Positions 1 to 8,235 of a DNA stretch of 25,805 nt are shown one piece after another. The translations under genes and the position numbers were made by a program. Source of the stretch: a virus (taxonomy: Duplodnaviria; Caudoviricetes). The notes below the pieces were generated by a model, which worked only from the letters and a program-made list of their open reading frames with translations, had not been told where the DNA came from and did no database searches. How positions within the stretch are numbered: the stretch's first letter is position 1; the number at the start of each line of letters is the position of its first letter. The stretch spans positions 1 to 25,805 of the IMG/VR virus record IMGVR_UViG_3300010376_000121; one strand, given 5' to 3'.

Positions 1-123
1 AGGGCCGGGAAACGCGCCACCGAGCCAAGGGTGCTCGAGGACGACGGCCCGGAGGAGGAAATTAGGGCAGAAGACCTGCCGTTCGTCTGGCGCGGCAGGC
101 ACCTCGAGCCAAGGGGTATGTAA
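1..123 (+). repeat. Left inverted terminal repeat (123 bp)
   Basis: 1-123 (AGGGCCGGG...GGGGTATGTAA) is the exact reverse complement of 25683-25805. Identity breaks at 124/25682. Confidence 0.98.
1..123 (+). CDS. 5'-truncated ORF (C-terminal 40 aa) contained in the repeat
   Basis: Frame 1 is open from base 1: RAGKRATEPRVLEDDGPEEEIRAEDLPFVWRGRHLEPRGM*. TAA at 121-123 is the last three bases of the repeat. Confidence 0.55.
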   Translation, partial: RAGKRATEPRVLEDDGPEEEIRAEDLPFVWRGRHLEPRGM

Positions 124-243
124 CCGCCGAACCGCCAACCAGGCCGCTTTTGGGACGCCCCTGATCGACGATCCGACGGCCCTTTGCACCCCCGGTTGCG
201 AAGGGTGCAGCCCTCACTATCAACCGCGAAAGGAAACCGAGCA

Positions 244-438
244 ATGACCGCAAAAGGCGTCGCGCTCCTGTTAGCGCTGGTTAGCGCCGGTTGCGTGCCG
301 GCACTGACCGCATTCGGTGGCTTTGCCGACGGCTACACCGGCTATGAGTCGCCAGCACCACCTCCGTCGCGCCCGCTGGTGTTCGGAAACTGTACGTCCC
401 GGCAGTACGGCGGGACCGTCTTCACCCACTGCAACTGA
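244..438 (+). CDS. Small putative lipoprotein
   Basis: AAGGA RBS before ATG 244. Signal MTAKGVALLLALVSAG-C (lipobox-like, non-canonical -3 residue), Pro linker, and C-terminal NCTSRQYGGTVFTHCN Cys-pair hairpin of a type common in small phage lipoproteins. Confidence 0.65.
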   Translation: MTAKGVALLLALVSAGCVPALTAFGGFADGYTGYESPAPPPSRPLVFGNCTSRQYGGTVFTHCN

Positions 439-463
439 GGTGGATGTGATTGGAGGAAGCGTG

Positions 464-664
464 ATGAACCCAGAGGAATACTATCTCGGCGACGGTCTTT
501 ACGCATCATTCGATGGTTGGCAGGTCGTCCTGCGCGCGCCGCGCCCTGACGGAGATCACTGGGTCGCGCTTGAACCAGCCGTCCTGGATGCATTCGTTAA
601 CTATCTGCGTGAGCGCGGTTTCTATCTCGAAAAGCGTGATGAACGACATAAAATCGGAGAGTGA
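464..664 (+). CDS. Conserved phage hypothetical protein
   Basis: GGAGGA RBS at 452-457. The YLGDGLYASFDG...VALEP motif resembles a widespread uncharacterised phage family. Confidence 0.75.
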   Translation: MNPEEYYLGDGLYASFDGWQVVLRAPRPDGDHWVALEPAVLDAFVNYLRERGFYLEKRDERHKIGE

Positions 665-667
665 ATC

Positions 668-910
668 GTGAGCGAGCCAGATCATCCGGGCAAAACGCCA
701 GCGCAAGATAGTTGGGCAGCTACCCATCCCGAGCCACCCGGCCATGCCGCCTCGTGGACTCTGTGGGCGGCCGATCCGCCGCCGTACAAACGCGGGCGCA
801 TCGTCGAACTGTGGAGCCCCCGATGGGGCAACGAAACAACCTTTGTCCGGCTCGATGATCTGGCCATAGTGTTCGTCCCGCTTGACCTGTTGTGGTGGAG
901 GGTAGCGTGA
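668..910 (+). CDS. Hypothetical protein
   Basis: GGAG upstream, GTG start 3 nt after the previous stop, Trp-rich 80 aa ORF. Confidence 0.6.
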   Translation: MSEPDHPGKTPAQDSWAATHPEPPGHAASWTLWAADPPPYKRGRIVELWSPRWGNETTFVRLDDLAIVFVPLDLLWWRVA

Positions 911-933
911 CTAGGCGCGATGGCTGACCCGCT

Positions 934-1212
934 ATGGCTCGACGGCGATCACGCGTGGTGGCTGATCTATCCGGCGCTGACGGTGGTGGCGTGGTTGCTG
1001 GTCATGATCCTAAGCAGCCGCGGCTGACCGGCCTGCGCTGCGACTGCGGCGCCGAAGACCTGATTGCTGTCCGCCCCGGCCATGCCGGCGAGACCTGGGA
1101 ACTGTTCCAGCTCACCCCCGCTCGCCGCGCCGAGGCGTGGTGCCAGGCCTGCTGGGTGAAACGTTTTGGCGACTGCCGCCCTGCCTCTCTAGTTCCGACA
1201 CCCGCTTCGTGA
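934..1212 (+). CDS. Hypothetical protein, possible zinc-binding (CDC...CQAC)
   Basis: Co-oriented ORF with a CxC plus CxxC pair. Confidence 0.55.
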   Translation: MARRRSRVVADLSGADGGGVVAGHDPKQPRLTGLRCDCGAEDLIAVRPGHAGETWELFQLTPARRAEAWCQACWVKRFGDCRPASLVPTPAS

Positions 1213-1315
1213 GCGCATCGACCGCGCGCCCTAGCTCGACAGTCCGACGCCACATCCAGTCGAGATCGGACTGCCGGTAGGGGAACACGTCCGGCGGTTC
1301 ATCTGTCTCCTCCAT
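1112..1315 (-). CDS. Possible small coiled-coil protein
   Basis: Protein-like composition (LGRAVDALTKRVSELE heptads) and fills the gap before terL, but overlaps the 934-1212 ORF and has a distant RBS. Confidence 0.35.
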   Translation of the reverse strand: MEETDEPPDVFPYRQSDLDWMWRRTVELGRAVDALTKRVSELERQGGSRQNVSPSRPGTTPRRGERG

Positions 1316-1421
1316 TGGTAGTCAGGCTCCGGTTCAGGTACAAGTCCCCTTGCATCCCGTTTTGCATCCTCACTGCCGGTGGTGGATTGTCCCCCTTCAC
1401 CGGCTATTTTTCGGGGGGGCG

Positions 1422-3221
1422 ATGCCGACAATCCGGCAGGGGATCTACGATCTGCTTCGCAGCGTCGAGTTGGACACCAAAGAGCAGGGTCGGACCCACG
1501 TCGACCCGTGGCCCTCACAAAAGATGGTCATCGACGCGGTCGCCCGCGGGCTGAACGAAGGCGTGCATGAGTTTGTGGTGCTCAAGTGCCGCCAGGTGGC
1601 GATCACCACGGCGTGCAGTGTCATCGAACTGTTTTGGGCGTTGGCGAACCCAGGGACCCAGGGCGCCATCATTGCCGACCGCACCGACAACCTGGAACGG
1701 CTGCGCAGGATTTTCGCGAACCTGCTCGAGACCCTGCCGCCGGAATGGCGCTCGTCTGAGCACAAGCTCGTCGCGAACAACCGCACTGGGCTGGCATTCG
1801 CCAACCGCTCTGTCCTAGACCTCCTCGCCGCCGGCAACAATCCAGACCTCGGCGCGTCCCGCGCGCTCAATATGATGCACGCCACCGAATGCAGCCTGTG
1901 GAGATCACTCGCTGGCGTCGAGTCGCTGAAAGCGGCACTGGCTCGCCAGAATCCACACCGGCTCTACATGTGGGAAAGCGTCGCTAACGGGTTCAACTGG
2001 TTCTATCAGCACTGTCAGCAGGCGAAGCAGGACCGTCACATGCGGTTCATATTCGTGGGCTTCTGGAGCAATCCCACCTACGCGATTCCGAAGACCGATG
2101 AGGACTACAAGACATATTGGGACGGCCACCTGACCGAAGACGAGCTCAAGCGTGCGCGCTACGTGAAGCAGAACTACGGGATAGCGATCAAGCCGGAACA
2201 GATTGCCTGGTGGCGCCGGGAGTCAGAGTATCGCCAAGAAGAGTATATGCTGCGACATTATCCGTGGCACGAAACGGAATGCTTCATCGCCTCTGGCTCG
2301 TCCTTCTTTCCAGCCCAGCGTACGCTCGAGATCGGCGAGGCCTTGGCGGCCGGGCCGCCCTATCAGGCCTATCGCTACAAGCTGGTTGAGTCGTTTCTCG
2401 ATTCGTCGGTCGATCAGACCAAAGACACCGACCAAGCGATGCTACGGGTGTGGGAACCACCAGAGCCTGGCGGGATCTACGCGATTGGCTGTGATCCATC
2501 TGGCGGTGGTGGAGGCGACGCGAACGATCATGCGATTCAGGTACTGCGCTGCTATGCAGATCGCGTGGTGCAAGTGGCAGAGTTTCAAAGCAACAAGCCC
2601 ACGACATATCAAATCGCCTGGGTGCTGGCGCATCTGTGCGGAGCCTACAAAGACCACACCGCCAACCTCGAGGTCACCGGAGTCGGCGCCGCAGTGATGC
2701 CCGAGATTCGCAATCTGCGGCAACTTGCGGCGATCGGTCTGATGAACGCAGTCCCCGGCCAACCGGAGGACCAGATCCTGCACCTGATCGGGGCCGTGCG
2801 ATGGTTCCTATACAAACGCCAAGACACTATGGGCGGCGCCGGAAGCATCGTGAACTGGAAGACGAACGTAGATAATAAGAGCATGGTTTACAGTGCGCTG
2901 CGCGACTCGATGATGCTGCGCCGGATCGAGATCAGAAGTATTCGCCTAGTGAATCAGTTGCAGGCCGTAGTTGAGGACCAGGGCTGGATTGGGGCTGGGC
3001 CAGACACCGGCGAGGGCGACGATCTCGTGTCAGCGCTGGTGTTAGCGCACTGGACCTGGGTCGAGTGGGTGCGCGCCGGCTTGGTGGCCCGAAACCACAC
3101 CTGGGATAGCGTGAAGGGAGAACGCCCGCCGCAGAACGCTGGCACCTTGCTGTCGTTTGCGTTTTCCGAGTTCTTCCAGAACATCAACCGCCGGCACCGC
3201 GAACATAGACAGAGGTTCTAG
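1422..3221 (+). CDS. terL: Terminase large subunit
   Basis: Q-motif (PWPSQ), Walker A variant LKCRQVAITT, Walker B MMHATE, coupling motif WESVANG, and RNase H-like nuclease residues IGCDPSGG...NDH...DDLVSAL. Start placed at ATG 1422 after a G-run, rather than TTG 1350. Confidence 0.93.
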   Translation: MPTIRQGIYDLLRSVELDTKEQGRTHVDPWPSQKMVIDAVARGLNEGVHEFVVLKCRQVAITTACSVIELFWALANPGTQGAIIADRTDNLERLRRIFANLLETLPPEWRSSEHKLVANNRTGLAFANRSVLDLLAAGNNPDLGASRALNMMHATECSLWRSLAGVESLKAALARQNPHRLYMWESVANGFNWFYQHCQQAKQDRHMRFIFVGFWSNPTYAIPKTDEDYKTYWDGHLTEDELKRARYVKQNYGIAIKPEQIAWWRRESEYRQEEYMLRHYPWHETECFIASGSSFFPAQRTLEIGEALAAGPPYQAYRYKLVESFLDSSVDQTKDTDQAMLRVWEPPEPGGIYAIGCDPSGGGGGDANDHAIQVLRCYADRVVQVAEFQSNKPTTYQIAWVLAHLCGAYKDHTANLEVTGVGAAVMPEIRNLRQLAAIGLMNAVPGQPEDQILHLIGAVRWFLYKRQDTMGGAGSIVNWKTNVDNKSMVYSALRDSMMLRRIEIRSIRLVNQLQAVVEDQGWIGAGPDTGEGDDLVSALVLAHWTWVEWVRAGLVARNHTWDSVKGERPPQNAGTLLSFAFSEFFQNINRRHREHRQRF

Positions 3222-3578
3222 ATGGCCATGCCGATGAACCCCGCGCTGGGGACAGGAACATCATCGATGAACTTGAACCCACTCGGCCTCTCCGGGCTGC
3301 CTTCCACTCAGCCGCAGTGGCAGACGGCGCTCGGTCTGACCCCGGTGGGCTTGGGGGCACTGGGGCTGACGCTCCCCAGTAGCGTCACCTCGGGCAAGGC
3401 GACCGGGAAAACACCGACCCCGCAGGCGGCACCAATGACAGCCGCAGCGCCGCCGCCTGCCGCCCCACCGCCGGCGCCGACCGTCGATATAGGGCCGGCA
3501 GACACCACCCGGTCGGCCGATGTCAGTTCGGAAAGCGGTGGTGGCGGTGGCGGCGAAGTCGAAATCGGCGCCGGCTGA
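3222..3578 (+). CDS. Low-complexity (G/P/A/T-rich) hypothetical, possibly virion-associated
   Basis: Abuts the terL stop and overlaps the next start (TGATG). Confidence 0.6.
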   Translation: MAMPMNPALGTGTSSMNLNPLGLSGLPSTQPQWQTALGLTPVGLGALGLTLPSSVTSGKATGKTPTPQAAPMTAAAPPPAAPPPAPTVDIGPADTTRSADVSSESGGGGGGEVEIGAG

Positions 3579-4036
3579 TGCCAATCATCCGCACCTACGG
3601 CTGTGAGGCCTGCAACCACATGCTCACGGTCGAACTGCGCGCCGACCAGTGGGACACCCCACCGCCGGACTGCCCGATGTGTGCAGCGCACCCGATGGGG
3701 CAGGAATTCAAGCTCTCGATCGGCGGCTCGGCGCGCTCCCGCGCCACTGACCTGGCCCAGAAGATCGCCACCGAGGACTATGGCGTTGCGGACATCCAGA
3801 TCGACGGCAAAGGCCAGGGCGAGGTGCCGAAGGTGCGCTATCAGGACCAGCCGACGAACCTGCCCTCGGCCGCCTGGGAGGCCAACCGAGAGATGCTCGA
3901 GGGCGCGATCGCGATCGGGCGCGAGAGCAGGCTGCGCTACGGCAGTGGCCTCGATGTGCTGCAGGCCGGCTTGGCATCGGGCGCGCAACCTGACCTCATT
4001 GCGGCCTCGAAGAGGCGCAGCATCAGAGGCTTTTAA
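3578..4036 (+). CDS. Zinc-ribbon protein (FmdB-like N-terminus)
   Basis: MPIIRTYGCEACNH...PDCPMC pattern. Coupled to the portal gene by TAATG. Confidence 0.7.
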   Translation: MPIIRTYGCEACNHMLTVELRADQWDTPPPDCPMCAAHPMGQEFKLSIGGSARSRATDLAQKIATEDYGVADIQIDGKGQGEVPKVRYQDQPTNLPSAAWEANREMLEGAIAIGRESRLRYGSGLDVLQAGLASGAQPDLIAASKRRSIRGF

Positions 4037-5742
4037 TGCTCAGAATCCCCGAGCCGGTCGCCCGCCGCACCGAATTCGCGAGGGAGCTGGCTGACGAATG
4101 CATGGCCACCTCGGAAGAGCGCAGCATGGTCTATACCCGTGCGGCGCAGTACTACTACACCGGCTCGTCCGACATGCGCGCGGCCATCTACAACAAGGTC
4201 AAGACGTTTGTTGACAGGCTAGCCGGCTACCTGTTCCTGCCCGGCAGCGTCCGCTTCAATGTCGTCTATGGCTCACACGAGCCTCCGGATGTGCTCGAGC
4301 GTGGCCGGATCGCCTCGCAGATGCTCACCGCAGAGTATCGCGCCTCCGACACCGATCTGCGCTTTTCCGATTGCGTGACCTGGGCGCTGATCAACGGGAG
4401 CTACCTGCTCAAGCACCTCGGCGACGAGTACGGCTTCCGCGCCATCCCTGTGCATCCGGTGAATTTCGGTGTGCTGCAGGAGTCCGTTGTCAGCCTCGCC
4501 GAGCAGGAGGCTTTCTGCCACGTCACCTATCCGACGATCAGCCGGCTGCGCGCCGACCTCGAGCGGGCTGGGGTGCCGAAGCGGGACGCCATCATCCGTA
4601 AGATCGAAGAGTCGCGGCATCCCGAAAAAGATCAGAACGAGCCGTCATATTTCCATCAGATGGTAGTCGGCGGGCTGAATCCGCTGGGCGATGTTAACTC
4701 CAGCCCCGAGGCCGCGGGCATCGTCCAGGTGTTTCCGACCCCGACGCCCTGGCAACCGCAGCGACGCCACGCACCGACGGTGCGGCACTGCGAGCTATGG
4801 ATCAAGGACGCCGCCCACCCAGGGAACTACTCAACGCTGCAACTGATCTATCCGGACATATTGATTGAGGGGGACAATACCGGGCGCAACATCATGGGCG
4901 GGCCGAAGCTCGCGTCGCATCACCCGTTCGTAAAGGTCGAGGCAGAGACCACACCAGGTTATTTCTGGGGCCGCAGTGTCATCGCGCTCATCCAGATGAT
5001 GCAGGACGTTCTGTCGAAAAGATTACGCGATATCAAGGTGATGTGGGATCGTAACGCAGCCGCGCCGTACGCATTCGCCGGCTTCCAGTCGATCACTGAG
5101 GAGCAGTACTACAAGCTGATCAGCGAGGGCGGGTTTGTCTCCGATCCGAACCCCAATGCCAAGGCGACCAAGCTCACCGAACCGCCGCCGCAGGGGTATT
5201 TGGAGGAGTTGGAATTCATCGTCAGGATGTACGACGAGGCTGGTGGGTTCACCCCCGTTCTCTCTGGCCAGGGCGAGTCTGGAGTTCGGGCTGGCGTCCA
5301 TGCGCAGACCCTGGTGCGGACCTCCAGCCCCGCTCTGATCGACCCCGCGACCAGGATCGAGCGGCAACTCGCGGAGAGCGGCGACCTCGGCCTGCGGCTG
5401 ATGCAGGACGTCGACGCCGGCATCTATCAAACCGAGAAGGGCCAGGATTTCACTCTCGATCTGTTACCGGAGCCGTTCACCGTCGAGGTGGATTCTCACT
5501 CGGCGTCGCCGGCTTTCGCCGAAGATTCCCGCCAGCTTGCGATCGCACTGGCACGCGCACAGGCGATTTCCGCCGAAGACCTGATCGAAATGTTGCATCC
5601 ACCGAACGCAGAGTTGCTGCTCGCCAGGCTGCGCCAGCGTCAGCAGGCACAGGCGCAAGCGGCGCAACAGGCCGCGGCGATGGGTCAGCCGCCGCCGGGA
5701 CAGCAACAGCAACACGGGCGTCGCAGCCCCGCGACACACTAG
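4036..5742 (+). CDS. Portal protein (podovirus type)
   Basis: 568 aa, lies between terL and scaffold/MCP. Contains HPFV...PGYFWGRSVIALIQMMQDVLSKR, typical of P22/T7-like portals, and a Q/A-rich C-terminal tail. Confidence 0.88.
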   Translation: MLRIPEPVARRTEFARELADECMATSEERSMVYTRAAQYYYTGSSDMRAAIYNKVKTFVDRLAGYLFLPGSVRFNVVYGSHEPPDVLERGRIASQMLTAEYRASDTDLRFSDCVTWALINGSYLLKHLGDEYGFRAIPVHPVNFGVLQESVVSLAEQEAFCHVTYPTISRLRADLERAGVPKRDAIIRKIEESRHPEKDQNEPSYFHQMVVGGLNPLGDVNSSPEAAGIVQVFPTPTPWQPQRRHAPTVRHCELWIKDAAHPGNYSTLQLIYPDILIEGDNTGRNIMGGPKLASHHPFVKVEAETTPGYFWGRSVIALIQMMQDVLSKRLRDIKVMWDRNAAAPYAFAGFQSITEEQYYKLISEGGFVSDPNPNAKATKLTEPPPQGYLEELEFIVRMYDEAGGFTPVLSGQGESGVRAGVHAQTLVRTSSPALIDPATRIERQLAESGDLGLRLMQDVDAGIYQTEKGQDFTLDLLPEPFTVEVDSHSASPAFAEDSRQLAIALARAQAISAEDLIEMLHPPNAELLLARLRQRQQAQAQAAQQAAAMGQPPPGQQQQHGRRSPATH

Positions 5743-5759
5743 ATCTGGACCCCGGCTTC

Positions 5760-5789
5760 TTGCATTTTCGTGAAACAACGGGTTAGCGT
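5760..5789 (+). promoter_or_regulatory. Putative sigma70 promoter for capsid genes
   Basis: TTGCAT (5760-5765), 18-nt spacer, TAGCGT (5784-5789) in one of the few intergenic gaps. Confidence 0.4.
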
Positions 5790-5814
5790 CCGCCGTTCGT
5801 AATCGGCGCTAACC

Positions 5815-6255
5815 ATGTCGGATAGCATATCCGCAGACCCTGCACCGCAACCGACGCCGCCTATCGGGGGGCCACCGAGACCTGGCGGGGGACCTGTCCC
5901 GCCAGTCCTGGCTGCCTTGGCACGCGCGCGTCAGGGCCAGGCTGCCGGCGGTACCCACCCCGGTGCCGGGGCACAGGCGAACGCTCTGATGACGATTAAA
6001 AGCGCCATCGACATGCTGCAGAACGCCCTGCCTGGGCTGGGCACCGGCGGCGAGGCGCATTCCGCGGTGCTGACGGCGATCCGCGCGCTGTCGCGCCATG
6101 TGCCCCAGGGGGAGCCGACCGCGGGCGTCCAGCAGACGCAGCTACAGGACATGCTGCGCCAGACCATGCGAAACGCGCTGTTGCAACGGGTGATGGCGCA
6201 GCAAGGCGGCGGCCAGCAACCGATGTCTCCATCCGTCCCAATGCCGGGAGCATGA
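5815..6255 (+). CDS. Pro/Gln-rich head-module hypothetical protein
   Basis: Co-oriented ORF between portal and scaffold with a helical core. Confidence 0.75.
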   Translation: MSDSISADPAPQPTPPIGGPPRPGGGPVPPVLAALARARQGQAAGGTHPGAGAQANALMTIKSAIDMLQNALPGLGTGGEAHSAVLTAIRALSRHVPQGEPTAGVQQTQLQDMLRQTMRNALLQRVMAQQGGGQQPMSPSVPMPGA

Positions 6256-6256
6256 C

Positions 6257-6448
6257 ATGGCTCAGAACAGATCATATGACCCGCCCATCGGTTCGCCTCC
6301 GGACACACCGCCGCGGACCATCCGCCAAGTGGATACCCAATCGGAGGTAAGCGAGTGGGGCGCGATCCCTCGCGTGGTGCCTCGGCCGGCTGGTGGGGTG
6401 CCGTTGCAACGGACCATCGTCGGTCGCTCTGAAGGACCAGTTCGGTAG
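6257..6448 (+). CDS. Small head-module hypothetical protein
   Basis: GGAG RBS, tight packing with neighbours. Confidence 0.65.
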   Translation: MAQNRSYDPPIGSPPDTPPRTIRQVDTQSEVSEWGAIPRVVPRPAGGVPLQRTIVGRSEGPVR

Positions 6449-6624
6449 TGGCTGTGGATGACGACACCAGGGAAGACGAGACCGACCTGGCGATCAAAAA
6501 GGCCAGGACGTACGCGCCCGAGGCTGTCGAGATGCTGATCCTGGTGATGCACGACAAAGAGGCCTCGTACGAGGACCGCGTGCGCGCCGCTACCACGCTG
6601 TTGGAGGTCTCTGGATGCCTGTGA
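6448..6624 (+). CDS. 58-aa helical protein, resembles a terminase small subunit oligomerisation hairpin
   Basis: Not in the ORF track. GTG overlaps the previous TAG. Reads (M)AVDDDTREDETDLAIKKARTYAPEAVEMLILVMHDKEASYEDRVRAATTLLEVSGCL and fills the gap up to the scaffold gene. Confidence 0.6.
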   Translation: MAVDDDTREDETDLAIKKARTYAPEAVEMLILVMHDKEASYEDRVRAATTLLEVSGCL

Positions 6625-7184
6625 CGTTGACGGACGAACAGGTCGCCCAGTTGCGTAGCGAGCTCGAGGCCGGCAAGCGTGCGCGCAACGTCGAGGACAT
6701 GGTCAACGGCATCTGGAACGATCAGTTGTTGGGTGCCGACGCAAAGGCCTTATTCAAGCGCAAGTACCCCGACGTCCCGATCGAAGGCTATGACCAGGAG
6801 CAGCGGCTGAACGCGCGCCTCGATGCTGCCGAGAAAGAGCGCAAAGAGAGCGAGCGCAAGCAGCGAGAGCAACAGCAGGACGATGAGTACAAAGCCAAGC
6901 GCAAAGAGACGCAGGAGCGCCACGGCTTTACCGATGATGCGATGCAACGGCTCGAGAAGATGATGGTCGAGCGCAACATCGGCAATTACGAGGACGCCGC
7001 AGAACTGATGGCGGCGCGCGAGCCTCGGCCATCGGATGATCGTGGCGGTACCGGTGATCGGTTCTGGGGGTACCAGCACCAGGACACGTTTAAGAAGATC
7101 GCTACCGATCCGGAAAAATGGGCGTACGACGAATTGTTGCAGGCCGCGCGAAACGACGAGCGCCGCTCGCGAAACCAGTACTAA
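6615..7184 (+). CDS. Capsid scaffolding protein (putative)
   Basis: Highly charged coiled-coil protein directly upstream of MCP, GGAGG RBS. Confidence 0.75.
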   Translation: MPVTLTDEQVAQLRSELEAGKRARNVEDMVNGIWNDQLLGADAKALFKRKYPDVPIEGYDQEQRLNARLDAAEKERKESERKQREQQQDDEYKAKRKETQERHGFTDDAMQRLEKMMVERNIGNYEDAAELMAAREPRPSDDRGGTGDRFWGYQHQDTFKKIATDPEKWAYDELLQAARNDERRSRNQY

Positions 7185-7196
7185 GGGGAGGCTAAC

Positions 7197-8228
7197 GTGC
7201 CGCAGCTCGGGGCCGGTTTGATTCCAAGTGGCGCCATCGGTAACGAATTACAGGCCACTGTTCGTCGTGTCTTCGCTCAGATGGTGGTGGTGCAGCTCTA
7301 CCGACAGAATCCGCTGCTTGCGTTGTTGCTGCGGAATGCGATCCGCGCCACTGGCGGCGTCAGTCCTTATACGCAGCCTGTCCAAACAGGGCAGTACGTT
7401 CCATCTAGCTGGATGGGTCCGGCCGGCAACTTCAACATTCCCCCAGATGTCGCACAGACCGTGAATGCCGAGTTCAATCTGTGCGCTTTGGCAACGCCGG
7501 TGACATCGTTTGGATTGGAACAGCTAGTCACTCAGGACGCGGTCGCCGTCACGAGCAGGCTGATGCTCAAGATGAACGATATGAAGAACAGTGCGCTGCA
7601 GGCGTTGGCGTCAGCCCTGTTCGGTTCATCGACCACAGGCGGCACCGTCAATCCGCTGCAGATGTTTGGACTGCTCGATGCGTATGACTCAGGCGCCACC
7701 GTGCCAGTATATGGAGGCCTGTCTCGCAGTACGTATCCAGCTTGGGCCGGCACAGTGGTGGCCAGCGCGGGCGCCGTTCTCACGCGCGCGACGTTCATTC
7801 CCTTCATCTTGCGCGCAGCGAAGAACGCCGGTGGTGAAGCACTCGACTTCGTGGTGATGAGCATTCAAGACTGGACCACCCTTATGACCGACTTCCTGTC
7901 GGTTGAGCGTTATATGAATGATCCGTCAGAGCGGTGGGGCAAAGAAGATCCGGTCAACAGTGGTTTTAGAGGCTTGCTGCTCGGCGATACGCCCGTTTTC
8001 TTCGACTTAAACTGCCCTCAAGGTACGGCATTTGGATTTAATTCCAGATACATAACGCTCGTGATCCACGAAGACGCGAACTTTGCGTGGACGGGTTGGT
8101 ACAGCACCATTCCCCAGGGGCAGATCGCCAGCGTCGGTCTCTCATTGACAGCGCTGCAACTGGTCTGCTCGAAGCCATCGACCGGCATCATCATCAATGG
8201 GATCACTGGCGGCGCAACAATGCCGTAA
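7197..8228 (+). CDS. Major capsid protein (HK97 fold expected)
   Basis: 343 aa, strong AAGGGGAGG RBS, position after scaffold. Motifs NPLLALL, GLLDA...YGGLSR...W and SGFRGLLLGDTPVFFD are typical of podovirus MCPs. Confidence 0.9.
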   Translation: MPQLGAGLIPSGAIGNELQATVRRVFAQMVVVQLYRQNPLLALLLRNAIRATGGVSPYTQPVQTGQYVPSSWMGPAGNFNIPPDVAQTVNAEFNLCALATPVTSFGLEQLVTQDAVAVTSRLMLKMNDMKNSALQALASALFGSSTTGGTVNPLQMFGLLDAYDSGATVPVYGGLSRSTYPAWAGTVVASAGAVLTRATFIPFILRAAKNAGGEALDFVVMSIQDWTTLMTDFLSVERYMNDPSERWGKEDPVNSGFRGLLLGDTPVFFDLNCPQGTAFGFNSRYITLVIHEDANFAWTGWYSTIPQGQIASVGLSLTALQLVCSKPSTGIIINGITGGATMP

Positions 8229-8235
8229 AGGAGCA

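Noticed and set aside
1-123. Terminal repeats as IS/transposon ends or N15-type hairpin telomeres
   Set aside because: No transposase or protelomerase in the window, and no terminal self-palindrome. It cannot be fully excluded without flanking sequence.
934-954. MARRRSR N-terminus resembling the protamine-like peptides
   Set aside because: It continues as a 92-aa Cys-containing protein with acidic residues, so it is not part of the array.
1349-1410. Late promoter upstream of terL (TTGCATCC twice, GCCGGTG/CACCGGC stem)
   Set aside because: No -35/-10 pair with acceptable spacing, so too weak to call.
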